A DNA stretch of 63,998 nucleotides, the filler included, from Reticulomyxa filosa (Eukaryota > Protista > Foraminifera): NCBI GenBank assembly GCA_000512085.1. It is 14 parts of 14 records of this genome, joined end to end, with 100 filler letters (N's around TTAATTAATTAA, not from the genome) between each part and the next. Parts side by side here need not be neighbours in the genome. Positions count along the whole stretch, not along the records: positions 55,023 to 62,806 come from ASPP01023690.1; positions 62,907 to 63,998 come from ASPP01033180.1; 12 more parts are not named here. The stretch is one strand, 5' to 3'. Of the stretch, positions 62,070 through 63,998 are shown piece after piece; position 1 is the stretch's first letter, and every line of letters begins with the position of its first letter. The notes under the pieces were generated by a model. It ran no database searches. It saw only the letters and a program-made list of their open reading frames with translations, and was not told the origin of the DNA. A program made the position numbers and the translations under genes.

Positions 62070-62806
62070 ATGTCAACACAAAAGGCCCCAAAAGATAAAA
62101 ATGAAAAACTGCCGTCTGAAGAGAGTTCAATTTCAGAAGACTCTGCATCAGACGAAGAGGACACACAAAAAAGCAAAGTGACCGCCCCCCTACCCGCAGT
62201 GGGCGATTTGCCTCCCGACCGTATTTTGTTGAATGAAAATGTTTCCTCGTCAACATCTCTGCCAACACAAATTTCACGCGAGATAAGGTATTGGTGTGTG
62301 CTGTTTGTGTACGTAACCGATGTTTCCAAAATAAACCAATCCCGCACAAACGCAGAAAATCATGGAATGAAAAGAATTGGGGTTTAGCCCAAATCGCAAA
62401 AGAATACAAAGAAAAAAAGTCATCGGAGGAGATATTGACACGAATGAAAAAGACTCGTTATTTGTACGAAATGTATTGGCACAGCGATGACCAGACCAAA
62501 TGGATAAGCATTGATACATTGCCCAGTGACGTGCCCAATGGGATTGGTCAATGGATCTACAAGTATTGCAATTTGCATCAAGAGAAGACATTGTCCTCTG
62601 CAGACGAAAAAAAAGCAGAGGTCAATGAGCCCGAAATCGAGCAAATGTCGAATCAAGAATACAGTCACGCGATTCAAACCGCGAGAAAAGCCGCCAACAA
62701 CGAGCCTTTGTATCCACACTTGGGATGGTGCGGCTATTGCAAAGAGCTTTACACTACGCTTTGTGATTGGAACCATCCTGGAGTATTGGCCATTCAATGT
62801 TTGTTT
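62070..62806 (+). CDS. Hypothetical nuclear-type protein, N-terminal part (chromo-like segment, CxxC; 3' truncated)
   Basis: ATG 62070, intron ~62289-62355; 'RYLYEMYWHSDDQTKWISID' and 'WCGYCKE'. Confidence 0.45.
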
Positions 62807-62906
62807 NNNNNNNNNNNNNNNNNNNNNNNNNNNNNNNNNNNNNNNNNNNNTTAATTAATTAANNNNNNNNNNNNNNNNNNNNNNNNNNNNNNNNNNNNNN
62901 NNNNNN
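62807..62906. other. Artificial contig spacer
   Basis: 44N-TTAATTAATTAA-44N. Confidence 0.98.
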
Positions 62907-62999
62907 CCACAAACAGCTCAAACAATGCTATTACCTCTACCAACCACAGTTTTCGCTTTATTGTCAGCATCTGTCTCTATATACACATATACACACATA

Positions 63000-63998
63000 T
63001 CTCATTATTGTTTTTTTATTTATTTTAATAAAAAAAGATCTTGCATTGTGAGTAGATATGAACACACGTGTAAAATTGTTAGATTTCTTTGTGCAGTGTT
63101 CATCGCATAAAGCACAAGTTAATGTGATATCGCAAATAACCAAAATATCGTAAAGGAGCAATTCATTGATATTTGTATCCTTTCTTATTATTATTATTAT
63201 TGGCTATTTCACAAGACTTTTTGTACTTGGCGCCCCGATAAATCGCAGTTCCACACCCTCTTTGATGCTTTGCAATCCATTGTAGAGTTGCAGTGACAGA
63301 TCGAATTCTATTAGAACTACTCCTGCTATTGTTGTAGAATAAGAGGCAGACACTTGCTTCCAATCAATGTATGAATATACAAATCCTTTCAACGATTTAG
63401 ATTGACACTGCCTTGACATTACCACATTCATCCAGCAGTCCCATTGGCGCGCTATGTGAAGTTCGTTCATATCTGAAAACGCGCAAAATCGCCAATCGTG
63501 TGCGTGAATAGCCATTCCATAATCAAACTCAGCAAAGCCTAGAAATGTTATATATACATATATAAAAACAAACCAGCGCAATATAGCTCCCCGAACTCTT
63601 GGGATCCTCTTTCATTGCTTCTTCATCTCCTTTTTGCCAGTGATCTTAGCTTCGTTTCCCACCAAATTGAACTACTCGCACATAAAGTAATTATTCAAAC
63701 GCCGTGATTTGCTCGACCATCCGCGTTATCATTTTTTAACAACGTTATTGTTGTCTTCTTCCTTGGTTCCACTTCTTCGGTCAATCCAATCTCTGTCGCC
63801 GTAATATGTTGATATCGTTACAAGATTGATTTTGTAGTCAGCAGCATCAAGATCCAGGTTGTCTGTGATTGACTTGATATGGCCTGTTCAACTCTTTTGA
63901 TGCTATCACAATTATCAAACGACCTTATTTGATCGCCAACACATTCTATCTCCTTTTTTTCTTGCATGACTTATTCACTGGATTTTTGATTGCTCCAA
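63000..63998 (-). pseudogene. Decayed paralog of the unknown tandem-domain family at 52100-54922
   Basis: 'ELYCAG|FAEFDYGMAIHAHDWRFCAFSDMNELHIARQW' and 'AKHQRGCGTAIYR', with the intron at a similar position; frameshifts present. Confidence 0.5.

Noticed and set aside
21502-62906. Regularly recurring TTAATTAATTAA flanked by N-runs (could be mistaken for a repeat array or chromosome-breakage signal)
   Set aside because: Always exactly 44N+12+44N with stops in all six frames: an artificial concatenation linker. Gene neighbourhoods across spacers are therefore meaningless.
1-63998. CRISPR arrays, tRNA/rRNA genes, prokaryotic operons, alternative genetic code
   Set aside because: None seen. Conserved genes read in the standard code, end in ordinary stops and have no in-frame stops at conserved positions.

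Overview
AT-rich eukaryotic (protist) genomic DNA. It is not one locus: 14 draft contigs are joined by 13 identical 100-bp artificial spacers (44 N + TTAATTAATTAA + 44 N). Genes have many short GT-AG introns and frequent 1-bp frameshifts at homopolymers, which look like sequencing errors. The WD40 and RING/TRAF repeat-family signatures resemble, from recall, those expanded in the foraminiferan Reticulomyxa filosa; this assignment is inference, not a search result. Recognisable genes: proteasome Rpn8/PSMD7, aspartate aminotransferase, IFT70/TTC30, a Ras/Rap GTPase, a dual-specificity phosphatase, and TLDc, PHD+AT-hook, TFIIS-M+SPOC, LRR and WD40 proteins. Also present: an ARM+PH protein, a SAP/NuSAP-like protein, a fascin-like/coiled-coil/SAM/RING protein, a 7TM protein, a PT-rich surface protein, a long coiled-coil protein, several decayed multigene-family copies and a LINE endonuclease remnant. 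Most notable: (1) many introns end in A-rich AAG acceptors with no polypyrimidine tract and are often self-complementary; (2) a ~49-bp micro-inversion inside a decayed tandem-domain family, visible by comparison with a paralog in the window; (3) the NuSAP-like and fascin-SAM-RING proteins.
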